From Candidatus Calditenuaceae archaeon HR02 (GTDB taxonomy: Archaea > Thermoproteota > Nitrososphaeria_A > Caldarchaeales > Calditenuaceae): a stretch of 64,000 nt of DNA. The notes under the pieces were generated by a model. That model worked only from the letters and a program-made list of their open reading frames with translations, did not search any database and was not told the origin of the DNA. Shown one piece after another: positions 18,874 to 27,511 of this stretch; position 1 is the stretch's first letter; each line of letters starts with the position of its first letter. The DNA is taken from contig BEHE01000001.1 in assembly GCA_002898395.1 (NCBI GenBank), positions 32,001-96,000 of the forward strand. Reading direction: 5' to 3'. Made by a program: the position numbers and the translations under genes.

Positions 18874-19335
18874 ATGGAAGGGTCGATGGAGGTTGCGGCA
18901 AGTCCCTCAGAGACCCTGCGTAGGCTCAGAGACCCTGCATGGCTGGGGAAATGCCTGCCCAACCTAGCCTCACTCGAGCTGTTGGGTGAGAGGGAATTCA
19001 AGGCCACCTTCTATTTGGACATAGGAGAGCTGACCAAGGTAGCAGGATACCTCTCTCGAATAAGGGCAGACATGAGGTTCAGATATGAAGACGAGGGGGG
19101 TGGTGGTGTGAGGGTGTTGGGGACGGGCAGAGTGGTGGGCGCAAAGATAGGCCTCACGATAGACGTGAAGGTCGCTCAGTCAGAGAAGGGGACTCAAATC
19201 AATTGGTCGGCAGACGCGGATCTAGGAGTAATCCAGAGGCTCCTCGGCGAGGCCACAATCCGCAGAGTCGCCCACAGGCAGATTGAACTCCTAACAGCCA
19301 AGCTCAAAGATGCGCTCGATAGCGGTATAAATTAA
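18874..19335 (+). CDS. CoxG/SRPBCC-family protein
   Basis: LRDPAWLGKCLPN and INWSADADLG; operonic with glpA. Confidence 0.8.
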   Translation: MEGSMEVAASPSETLRRLRDPAWLGKCLPNLASLELLGEREFKATFYLDIGELTKVAGYLSRIRADMRFRYEDEGGGGVRVLGTGRVVGAKIGLTIDVKVAQSEKGTQINWSADADLGVIQRLLGEATIRRVAHRQIELLTAKLKDALDSGIN

Positions 19336-19359
19336 GCCACAACACATCAATAACAGAAT

Positions 19360-20133
19360 TTGCCCGGAATCAAGGCTGTGCTCATGGACCTCGACGGGAC
19401 ACTCTTCCTAGGAGAATCCATCATACCAGGAGCGCCCGAGTCGTTAATGCGGATTAGGGAGTTGGGGTTAAGCATCACCTTCCTGACAAATAACTCCTTC
19501 TATTCCCGCAGGATGATCCTGGATAAGCTGGTCGACGCGGGGATAGAGTCTCGGCTGGAGGATATTGTGAACTCTGGGTTCGCCGCCTCGGAGTATTTGA
19601 AGGAGCGGAGGGGTTCTTGCAGGGTCTTCACAGTGGGAGACGTTGGGCTGGTGGAGGAGATTGTTTTGGGCGGACATATCCTCGTGGCGCGGGGCGATGA
19701 GGCGGATGCCGTCGTAGCGGGAGGGACTAAAGATATAAGTTATTGGAGGTTGGTTGAGGGGCATCGCGCCATAATGAACGGCGCACTCTTCCTAGCCACG
19801 AACAAGGACCACGTATACATGACTGAGAAGGGACCAATGCCCGGCGCCGGTGCGATAGTTAGCTTCCTCGAGACATCGACTAGACGTAAGGCGATACTTG
19901 TTGGGAAGCCTGAAAGATACATTGCCGACTTGGCGCTTAGAAAACTCTCTCTGAGCCCAAGGGAGGTTGTGGTAGTGGGCGATAATGAGGAAGTAGATAT
20001 GGCACTGGCAGAGGCGATAGGCTCTCAGGGGATTCTAGTTTTGACGGGTATAAGTAAGAACCCATCATCAAACAAGTGGCTAGTGGCGAAGACGCCTCTC
20101 GAAATCCCAAAAAGGCTTTCTACACTCATCTAA
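19360..20133 (+). CDS. HAD-IIA (NagD-like) phosphatase
   Basis: DLDGTL, LTNNS, GKP and VVGD. Confidence 0.92.
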   Translation: MPGIKAVLMDLDGTLFLGESIIPGAPESLMRIRELGLSITFLTNNSFYSRRMILDKLVDAGIESRLEDIVNSGFAASEYLKERRGSCRVFTVGDVGLVEEIVLGGHILVARGDEADAVVAGGTKDISYWRLVEGHRAIMNGALFLATNKDHVYMTEKGPMPGAGAIVSFLETSTRRKAILVGKPERYIADLALRKLSLSPREVVVVGDNEEVDMALAEAIGSQGILVLTGISKNPSSNKWLVAKTPLEIPKRLSTLI

Positions 20134-20138
20134 CTACT

Positions 20139-22022
20139 CTACATTTCTCGGAGGACCGGGATGCCTGTCAGGTTCATTGCACTAGTCTGGGCGATGATAT
20201 ATCCTTGGACTAAGGCCAGCCTGAAGGGGGCGGCCTCTCCCCCCTCTATCACGGGGCACTTTTCGTAGAACTCGTTAAAGTTGACAGCCATCTCCCGAGA
20301 GTGTGTTAGTAGCTGCCTAAGCCTCAGCGTCCTTGCCGACATCTCGATGACTAGTGGTAGGAATGATATAGAGCGTATCAAGAGCTTCTCCTCTTTGGCT
20401 AGCTCGCCGTAGGGTGTAGGATCGGCTTCTATCCCCCTGTCCTGGGCCTTTTCGAGAATCCTGTAAGAGCGGGCAATGCTATACTGTATATAGGGACCTG
20501 TGTCACCCTCGAGTCTAGTGGCTTCTCTCAGGTCGAATACTACTGCCTTCTCTGCCTCTGACCTCAGTATTGAGTATCTGAGGGCTCCCTGTGCAATGGC
20601 CTCAGCAACCTCGTCTACCTTATCACGGGGCCAGTCTGCGTGTCTCTTCCTGACCTCCTCAGCCGCGAGCCTCTTCAACTCGTCGAGAACCTCATCCACT
20701 TTAAAATAGATTCCTTTTCTACCGCTCATCTGTACGACTTTCCCCTCAACAGCTTCAACTCCCAACCTCTTGGCGGAGTCCGCGCTAAGGTATACACGCT
20801 CATAAGAATAGTGTAAGTACCTCTCACCATCTACGCCGAGCCTCGACAACACGTACCTCACCACCTCCTGCGGCCTCCTCTGCTCAGACCCGACGACTGT
20901 CACAACTAGGCTGGGCTTTGGGATGATAATGGGTGTGCCGTAATCCGTCTCTGTGATCGTTATTGGAGTGCCGTCTGGATTTCGACCCCACTGCCTGCCA
21001 TTAATCTTCACGTCCGATTCGCCAAGCTTCCAGAGGGCGAAGGCAATATCCCTCGCGACATACGTGGTTGAGCCGTCACTCTTCACTAGAATCTCGTCGC
21101 CCTCCTTGGAGAGGACAGGGTGACTGCTAAGGTCGACGCACCAGCAGCCCCTGTTCTCACCCTCCTCCGCCTTATAGATTATGCCCTTCTCGAGTAGTAG
21201 ATTGAAAGTCTTGACCCAAAGACCTGAGGCCACCACGTCGCTCTCCCTGAAGAGCAGGTCGTATCTCGCCCCTAGCCTCCAGCAAGTAGCTAGCTGATTA
21301 GAGAGCACTCTGTCTGCTACGAGCCGGGCATGCCTGAATTCCTCGCTACCCCTCTCCTCTATACTCTTAGCCAGGGCTCTCAGCCTCTCCTCGAGAGACC
21401 TATCCTCCTCCAGCCGCCGCGTAACCGTTACGTATACATGGTCTCCACAATACTCATCGAAACGGATACCTGGTGGCGGCTCCATAGGCATCCCCAGCGC
21501 GAGGAATCCTAGGAGGACGCTGGCCATCTGGGCGCCACTATCGTCCACGTAGTTCAGCACATAGACCCGGTAACCCACCTTCGCAAGTACACGCGCCACC
21601 GTGTCACCCACATACACATTCCTTGCATGACCTATGTGCAACGCCTTGTTTGGATTCACACTCGTATGCTCCACTAGCACAACCCGCCCCTCCCCCTCTC
21701 TCGACCCTCCATAATCCTTAGTCCCAAGCCGGACGACCTCGCTTAACGTATACTCTGAGAAGCGGCGCCAATCGGCGTAGAAGTTTATATAACCTGGAGG
21801 CGCAGCCTCCACACGTCCAATAAGCTCTCCACTCCCTAGCTTGGAGGCTATATCCCTCGCAAGCTCTAAAGGATTTCCTCCAGACCTCCTAGCCTCCTCT
21901 AGTGGGTATGGCGTGAAAGCCTCCCCGAACTCTGGAGACCTTGGAGGACCAATCCTCACATCCTCCAACCCAACCCCTGATAGCAGCCGCCTAGCCTCCT
22001 CGAAGAGCCTCTTAATCGTCAA
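20139..22022 (-). CDS. argS: Arginine--tRNA ligase
   Basis: EHTSVNPNKALHIGHARN, MSGRKG and GDTGPYIQY. Confidence 0.96.
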   Translation of the reverse strand: MTIKRLFEEARRLLSGVGLEDVRIGPPRSPEFGEAFTPYPLEEARRSGGNPLELARDIASKLGSGELIGRVEAAPPGYINFYADWRRFSEYTLSEVVRLGTKDYGGSREGEGRVVLVEHTSVNPNKALHIGHARNVYVGDTVARVLAKVGYRVYVLNYVDDSGAQMASVLLGFLALGMPMEPPPGIRFDEYCGDHVYVTVTRRLEEDRSLEERLRALAKSIEERGSEEFRHARLVADRVLSNQLATCWRLGARYDLLFRESDVVASGLWVKTFNLLLEKGIIYKAEEGENRGCWCVDLSSHPVLSKEGDEILVKSDGSTTYVARDIAFALWKLGESDVKINGRQWGRNPDGTPITITETDYGTPIIIPKPSLVVTVVGSEQRRPQEVVRYVLSRLGVDGERYLHYSYERVYLSADSAKRLGVEAVEGKVVQMSGRKGIYFKVDEVLDELKRLAAEEVRKRHADWPRDKVDEVAEAIAQGALRYSILRSEAEKAVVFDLREATRLEGDTGPYIQYSIARSYRILEKAQDRGIEADPTPYGELAKEEKLLIRSISFLPLVIEMSARTLRLRQLLTHSREMAVNFNEFYEKCPVIEGGEAAPFRLALVQGYIIAQTSAMNLTGIPVLREM

Positions 22023-22116
22023 TTACTCTTTCCAGCTATCAGTCGTTTCGCCTCCCGATATAAACTAAAACCCCGCAGAGCCGTGAAAACCTAAAAACGC
22101 CTCACGCACAGACCTG

Positions 22117-23280
22117 ATGGAGGAGGCGATGCCAACAAACCTCCCCGCCGAGGCGAGGCACAAGCTAGCCGAGTATCAATCGGCTAGGACTCTCGAGGAG
22201 AAGATCGAGGTTCTTAGACAGGCGCTCTCACTGATACCTGATCATAAGGGTACCGAGAAGCTGAGGAGGCAGTTGAGAAAGCGTCTGGCCGAGCTGAGAG
22301 ATGAGCTAGAGGAGAGGAGGGCTGCGAAGACTGGTGGGGTCTCCGTCTTCAGCGTAAAGAAGGAGGGCTGGGCTCAGGTGGCTCTGCTAGGAGTAACTAA
22401 CTCGGGTAAGTCAAGCCTATTCAGAGCGCTGACAGGAGCCCCCTCACCTGTTGCAGACTACCCCCTCGCAACCCAAAAGCCCTACCCCGGCATGATGGTC
22501 TACTCGGGCTGTGAGATACAGGTCATAGACCTTCCATCCCTTATGACAGAGGATCTCAAGGAGACAAACTTAGCCTCAAAGAGCATCGGAATCGCGAGGA
22601 ACAGCGACCTGCTTGCTATAGTGTTGGATGCTTCCCGAGACCCGCTGGCAGAGTTTAATGCCATTGAGTCGCTCCTAGAGGAGTATGGGATAACCCTGAA
22701 GAAGAGGCAGTTTGAGGTGGAAGTTGAGAGGACCGACAGCGGAGGGGTTAGGGTAGTTGTGATGGGCCAAGTTGAGGGGGGTCGAGAAGCTGTTAAGACC
22801 CTCGCCCAACAGCTCGGTATAAGGTCAGCTATTATCAAGATCGTGGGTAACGTCACCCTTGACGAGCTTGAGGAGGAACTAATCAGGAGGCCGGAACACA
22901 AAAAATGCCTAGTCATCGTGAACAAATCTGATATCGACGACGCGAAGGCTAGCGCGGCGATTAGAGAGCTGGAAGCCCGCGGATTCGCTGCGCTCAAAAC
23001 TTCAGCAAGCTCCGCAGATCTCGAAGGGGTAAAGGAGAGGGTCTTTAAGTCGCTCGACATGATAAGGGTCTACACTAGGAAGGATGGAGTAGTCTCGGAG
23101 AGGCCCATTCTACTAAAGAGAGGTGCGACCGTCTCCCAGCTCGCGGAGAAGATACACAGGGATTTCTCGGAGGCGTTGAAGTATGCGAGGGTTTGGGGTC
23201 CCTCCGCAAAGGTTCGAGGGGAGAAGGTAGGGAAGGAGCACGTACTCGAGGATGGTGATATAGTAGAGATAAGGGTCTAG
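22117..23280 (+). CDS. DRG/OBG-family GTPase with TGS domain
   Basis: MPTNLP, HKGTEK, GVTNSGKS, NKSD and HVLEDGDIVEI. Confidence 0.92.
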   Translation: MEEAMPTNLPAEARHKLAEYQSARTLEEKIEVLRQALSLIPDHKGTEKLRRQLRKRLAELRDELEERRAAKTGGVSVFSVKKEGWAQVALLGVTNSGKSSLFRALTGAPSPVADYPLATQKPYPGMMVYSGCEIQVIDLPSLMTEDLKETNLASKSIGIARNSDLLAIVLDASRDPLAEFNAIESLLEEYGITLKKRQFEVEVERTDSGGVRVVVMGQVEGGREAVKTLAQQLGIRSAIIKIVGNVTLDELEEELIRRPEHKKCLVIVNKSDIDDAKASAAIRELEARGFAALKTSASSADLEGVKERVFKSLDMIRVYTRKDGVVSERPILLKRGATVSQLAEKIHRDFSEALKYARVWGPSAKVRGEKVGKEHVLEDGDIVEIRV

Positions 23281-23335
23281 GGTGTTATGGGGTTGGATGC
23301 GATAGTTAAATAGGCTTGTATAGTCTTACTAAGTC

Positions 23336-24373
23336 ATGTCGATAGAGTTTAATCGGTATATTGTCGTGTCGCATTTTTCGCCCCCCGGGTTGGGCGAGAT
23401 TGAAGGGGCTCAGGTGATAGAGTTTCGACGAGATCCGTTGACTGGTAGATGGAGTAGGATAAATATCGAGCGGGCTAAGCGTCCGAAGCAGACGCCAAGC
23501 GGAGCAATGGTCCTAAAGGAGTTGGCTGAAAGGACGAGGGATAACTGCCCGTTCTGCCCTGAGAGGATAGAGACCAGTACACCCACCTTCACACTGCTTC
23601 CTTATAGACGCCTCCGCCGCGGGGACTGCTGGGTCTTCCCAAACCTATACCCCTTCTCTAAACACCACGCGGTCACAGTATTCACTCCACACCACTACAA
23701 GCCACTCGACACAATCACGCCTGAGGAGCTTAAGGCCGGCATAAACTCCGCGATAGAATATCTAAACGACATCCAAACCATAGACAGGTCCGCACGCTAT
23801 CCATTACTAGCTTGGAACAATCTCCCACCAGCGGGGGCCAGTATTGTTCACCCACACTTCCAAGTCCTAGTCGACGAGAGGCCTCCCGGCATAGTGTCAC
23901 AAGAGATCGGGGCAAGTGAAAAATATGCGGAGAGTGGGGGCTGCTTCTGGGAGGAGCTACTTGAGTCGGAGGAGGAGAGGGGGGAGAGGCTTGTGAAGTC
24001 AAGTCATTCAGTCTCTTGGATTACCAGCTTTTCCCCAATCGGTAACAGGGAGGTCCTAGCGGTCTTCAGGGGCAGGTCATCACTGGCCGATCTAACTCCC
24101 CGCGAAGTGGAAGAGTTTGCAGAGGGTCTAGCATCAGTGCTGAGATATTATTCCGAGTCTGGGTCAGAGAGTTTAAACATGCTTTTCTACTCTGGACCAC
24201 TAGGAGATGACATAAGCGGATACTTCTATCTCCACGCAAGGATAATAGCGAGACCGGCTCCATCAACACTCTACGTGAACGATGATGGCTTCCTCGAGAA
24301 GCTATGCGCGGAGCCCATCATAGATATGACGCCAGAAGATCTCGCAAAGGTCCTAAAAAGATACATGAAATAG
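23336..24373 (+). CDS. galT: Galactose-1-phosphate uridylyltransferase
   Basis: RRDPLTG, CPFC, FPNLYP and GASIVHPHFQ. Confidence 0.9.
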   Translation: MSIEFNRYIVVSHFSPPGLGEIEGAQVIEFRRDPLTGRWSRINIERAKRPKQTPSGAMVLKELAERTRDNCPFCPERIETSTPTFTLLPYRRLRRGDCWVFPNLYPFSKHHAVTVFTPHHYKPLDTITPEELKAGINSAIEYLNDIQTIDRSARYPLLAWNNLPPAGASIVHPHFQVLVDERPPGIVSQEIGASEKYAESGGCFWEELLESEEERGERLVKSSHSVSWITSFSPIGNREVLAVFRGRSSLADLTPREVEEFAEGLASVLRYYSESGSESLNMLFYSGPLGDDISGYFYLHARIIARPAPSTLYVNDDGFLEKLCAEPIIDMTPEDLAKVLKRYMK

Positions 24374-24425
24374 CCCTGACACGAGTAGTATAGATAGGAA
24401 TTTTTATTCGCCACCACCCATATGA

Positions 24426-24731
24426 GTGGTGGGGGTCTTGATTACCGTCAAGACAAAGTACTACGCATATCTTCGCGAGTTGACGGGCATTCGAGAGGAG
24501 GAGATAACCCTAAGTGAAGGGGCGACAGTCCTCACCCTCATCGAATACCTCGTCAAGAAATATGGAGCCAGCTTCAAGAGCTACATACTCGCCGACAACA
24601 TGGGGCTGAAGCCTAGCATCGTCATCGCAATTAATGGTGTCAAGATTTCGGATGATCCGCTTAATAGAAGACTGCGGGATGGCGACACTTTAGTTATCCT
24701 ACCCCCAATATCTGGGGGAGTTAACGTCTAA
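24426..24731 (+). CDS. MoaD/ThiS/SAMP ubiquitin-like protein
   Basis: Beta-grasp pattern and LRDGDTLVILPPISGG, followed by VNV. Confidence 0.88.
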   Translation: MVGVLITVKTKYYAYLRELTGIREEEITLSEGATVLTLIEYLVKKYGASFKSYILADNMGLKPSIVIAINGVKISDDPLNRRLRDGDTLVILPPISGGVNV

Positions 24732-25035
24732 GCCTCCTTAAAGCATCCAAGTCCATTGTCCCGTACGTCCTATACACATTTATTACCAGCACGACTCCCA
24801 CGGTGATGACCGCAGCCCCAGCTGCCATTGAGAGGACGACTATTGCCAGGGCATAGGGGTCTATTCCCCCTGGACTGTTCACCGCAAAAACAACGAAGTT
24901 TAGATGGGCCGCATTGATCATAAGCTCAACGCCTATCAATTGTTTAATGATGTTTCGCTTAGTCGTGAGGGTGTATATCCCGATCACGAAGATTAGGCCG
25001 GCAAAGATTGTATAGATTGTTGGGCTGAGGGCCAA
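24721..25035 (-). CDS. nuoK: NADH-quinone oxidoreductase subunit K (NuoK/4L)
   Basis: KRNIIKQLIGVELMINAAHLNFV and YRTYGTMDLDAL. Confidence 0.85.
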   Translation of the reverse strand: MALSPTIYTIFAGLIFVIGIYTLTTKRNIIKQLIGVELMINAAHLNFVVFAVNSPGGIDPYALAIVVLSMAAGAAVITVGVVLVINVYRTYGTMDLDALRRLRR

Positions 25036-25039
25036 CCCT

Positions 25040-25300
25040 CTACTCTCCCTCCCTCAGAAGCGAAACAAGTCCGACAACGATTGTGAGAAGTATCACAATA
25101 ACCCCTGTTAGCACTGGGAAGAATCCCCCCCAGACATAGTCGCTTAAGACCCGGCCGATATCCTCAAGCCCGCCACTTATCACCCGATGCAAGTTCTCAC
25201 CCCAATATTCGTATAGCAGGGGACGCGTAGCTAAGCTCGTCAAGAATAGTGCCGAAAAGAGGGCTGTCGCGAGTATTCCCAACACCTCATTCACCCTCAA
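25040..25300 (-). CDS. NuoJ C-terminal half
   Basis: IGRVLSDYVWG followed by a TM helix; sits between NuoJ-N and NuoK. Confidence 0.6.
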   Translation of the reverse strand: MRVNEVLGILATALFSALFLTSLATRPLLYEYWGENLHRVISGGLEDIGRVLSDYVWGGFFPVLTGVIVILLTIVVGLVSLLREGE

Positions 25301-25551
25301 GTCTCATCCCTCCTAGTCGTCACCATTAACACCAATAGGAATAGGGCCATTACACCTCCGGAGTATACAATCATCTGGATCGCACCAATATGGACCGCAC
25401 CCAACGCCACAAAGATCAAGCCCACAGCTACGGTGAAGAGCAAAAGCCCAAAGACCGAGCGGGTGAGGCTGCGGGTCTCCACGGCAAATGCAGAGAACAC
25501 CACAGCGAGGACCAGTAGAAGGAGCTCGAGACCCTCAAGCATCAAGGCCAT
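25297..25551 (-). CDS. nuoJ: NuoJ N-terminal half
   Basis: LGAVHIGAIQMIVYSGGVMALFL (NuoJ Q-x-x-V-Y-x-G motif); likely ATG at 25551. Confidence 0.8.
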   Translation of the reverse strand: MALMLEGLELLLLVLAVVFSAFAVETRSLTRSVFGLLLFTVAVGLIFVALGAVHIGAIQMIVYSGGVMALFLLVLMVTTRRDET

Positions 25552-25625
25552 GAGAAAAACCTTCAAGCCTCTACAAATATGTGACATTTCCCGACATCGA
25601 CTCCAGAAGCGTCAGTATATGCGAG

Positions 25626-25997
25626 CTATTTGTCTCTCCGGAGTATACGGGGCAAAGAGAGGGAGACGAGCAGCCATGCAAGAGCTATCATAAGGCCGTG
25701 GCCCAGCCTAAACTCGACGCCTCTTGTGGCATCTATAACAGGGCCCCACATCCTATAAGTGATGTAGGCTGCGACCGCTGCGGTGTATGTAGCGAGAATA
25801 TTTGGGCGTGTATTAGTGAGGGATAGTGCCAGGGCCGCGGAGAATAGGGCTACGTTTAGGAGGTTGGAGAGGACGAGGTGAGTGAATCCAGCTTCAATCC
25901 ACAGCCTAGCGCCTTGAGCTGTGTATAGAAGCATGTTCGTGGCTGCGAGCGCCACGAATATCTTGCTCGTCTGGTTCATTTCATCGCTGAGGATCAC
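25626..25997 (-). CDS. Hypothetical four-TM membrane protein
   Basis: Hydrophobic ORF overlapping the rpl18 stop. Confidence 0.6.
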   Translation of the reverse strand: MILSDEMNQTSKIFVALAATNMLLYTAQGARLWIEAGFTHLVLSNLLNVALFSAALALSLTNTRPNILATYTAAVAAYITYRMWGPVIDATRGVEFRLGHGLMIALAWLLVSLSLPRILRRDK

Positions 25998-26590
25998 TGG
26001 AGCAGGTTCAAGCCAGGTCCTCCCTGCGCTATTTTTTGCTTGACTTCCTCGAAGTGTTTAGGGAGGCTCTCAATATACTCTGGGTCTAGGGCGTGGAATT
26101 GGGTGGCGTTTCCTGATCCTTTAACGATTTTGAGGAAGTCTGCTATGTGCTGGCCCCTTATCCGCTCATCAGAGGGGAGGACGCCCTCGCCTACAGGTAT
26201 TGACAGCCCAGCGTCCAATGCACCCTTGACAGCCGCATAGAGCCGCGAGCCGGGATGGGATGGGTGTAATCCGAAGTCTACTATCGCTTCGGAATACCCC
26301 TTCTGGAGTGCCAGTTTACCCGCCATGAATCCAGCTAGATAGGCTGCTGGCGTGGATTTTGTTCCACCCCTCCAGCCATACTGTCTGAGGGCCCTTGTGG
26401 TAACGGTCAGAGCGGTATAGTCTCCGCCTCGCCTTGACTCAACTATCTGCACAATCACATACTTGTTTGTCCTCCTTACAACTAGCCGCGGCTTACCCGA
26501 CTTCACTATCTTCAGTCTTTTCCTATAGTTAGTCTTCCCGCTCAGGGCTCTTCGCGGAAGCCTCCTTTCCAGAATGTATCTTGGCGGCAA
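25994..26590 (-). CDS. rpl18: 50S ribosomal protein uL18
   Basis: GKTNYRKRLK, RLVVRRTN and AAYLAG. Confidence 0.96.
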   Translation of the reverse strand: MPPRYILERRLPRRALSGKTNYRKRLKIVKSGKPRLVVRRTNKYVIVQIVESRRGGDYTALTVTTRALRQYGWRGGTKSTPAAYLAGFMAGKLALQKGYSEAIVDFGLHPSHPGSRLYAAVKGALDAGLSIPVGEGVLPSDERIRGQHIADFLKIVKGSGNATQFHALDPEYIESLPKHFEEVKQKIAQGGPGLNLLQ

Positions 26591-26592
26591 TC

Positions 26593-27021
26593 CTATGCAC
26601 CAGCCAGCAGTAGGTTATTCTCTTTGAGGTAGGTTTTGAGCTCTGCGACTGATTTGAAGCGGCCGGCCTTTATCTGGAGATAGATGTGCCGGTAGGAGCC
26701 ATCCTTAAGCAGCTTCGCGGCCTTTAACCGCCTCAAGTATCTTCTTTGAGCCCTCACCCTCATCAACCACCTCTCCTTTCTCGAGAGGATGGAGTATTTT
26801 CCCCCTTTCCTCCTACCTGGCCCCCTCTTACCAGCCTCTTTTCTCCGCGTGTTTCCCCGCTTGGGAGCTGCATAGATTGCACCCTCACCAATCAACTGTC
26901 TTATATCAGACCGCGTTATCGCGTCCTCGATATCCTCAAGCCTCTCAGGGTCAAATCTGACCCTGCTCTCGCCGCACTTGAGTATATCAGCCGCCAACCT
27001 TCGCTGTATTGCTAGGCTCAT
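26593..27021 (-). CDS. rpl19e: 50S ribosomal protein eL19
   Basis: QRRLAADILKCGESRV and AITRSDIRQLI. Confidence 0.96.
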   Translation of the reverse strand: MSLAIQRRLAADILKCGESRVRFDPERLEDIEDAITRSDIRQLIGEGAIYAAPKRGNTRRKEAGKRGPGRRKGGKYSILSRKERWLMRVRAQRRYLRRLKAAKLLKDGSYRHIYLQIKAGRFKSVAELKTYLKENNLLLAGA

Positions 27022-27437
27022 TCCTCCACACCTCTCGGTGGGTTGAGAACCTTAAAACCCATAGAAGTTGCTTTTTCATAAATTCTGAGCTTGCTCCTTG
27101 CACCCAGTGAGCCTGCGAGCCTAACCGCGTGAATGCTTGGGTCGAGACCCTCTAGCTCTGAGACACTGTGTACCAATACTTCGCGGAAGCCTGATGGGTG
27201 CAGCCCCCTGAATTTACGGGGGGACCGGTAGCCAACCTTGGCCAGCGGCGGCCACCCCCTCTTCTGAAGTCTCATCTTACTATCCTTCCCCCGCGGCCTC
27301 CTCCACTTCTCTCCCAGACGGACATACCTCCAGGCCTCCTGCCTCACAAACTTGGGCCTCTCCTTTCTCATCCGGAGTACGGACCGCGGGATCTTGATGG
27401 CCGCCTTCCTCTTAGCCTCCCCGCCTTCCTCAGACAT
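27018..27437 (-). CDS. rpl32e: 50S ribosomal protein eL32
   Basis: PKFVRQE, WRRPRGKDSKMR and RGLHPSG; likely ATG at 27437. Confidence 0.96.
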   Translation of the reverse strand: MSEEGGEAKRKAAIKIPRSVLRMRKERPKFVRQEAWRYVRLGEKWRRPRGKDSKMRLQKRGWPPLAKVGYRSPRKFRGLHPSGFREVLVHSVSELEGLDPSIHAVRLAGSLGARSKLRIYEKATSMGFKVLNPPRGVEE

Positions 27438-27511
27438 CCACTCTTCTCCATCTCCCCGTCTATAAAAACCCGACACGAATATAGCCCCCCAGTCGCCATT
27501 CTATCTGGCAG

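Noticed and set aside
22500-23060. Long antisense ORFs (also 8880-9380, 37502-38044, 44079-44591 and others)
   Set aside because: They lie fully opposite well-supported genes and have Ser/Pro-rich shadow composition.
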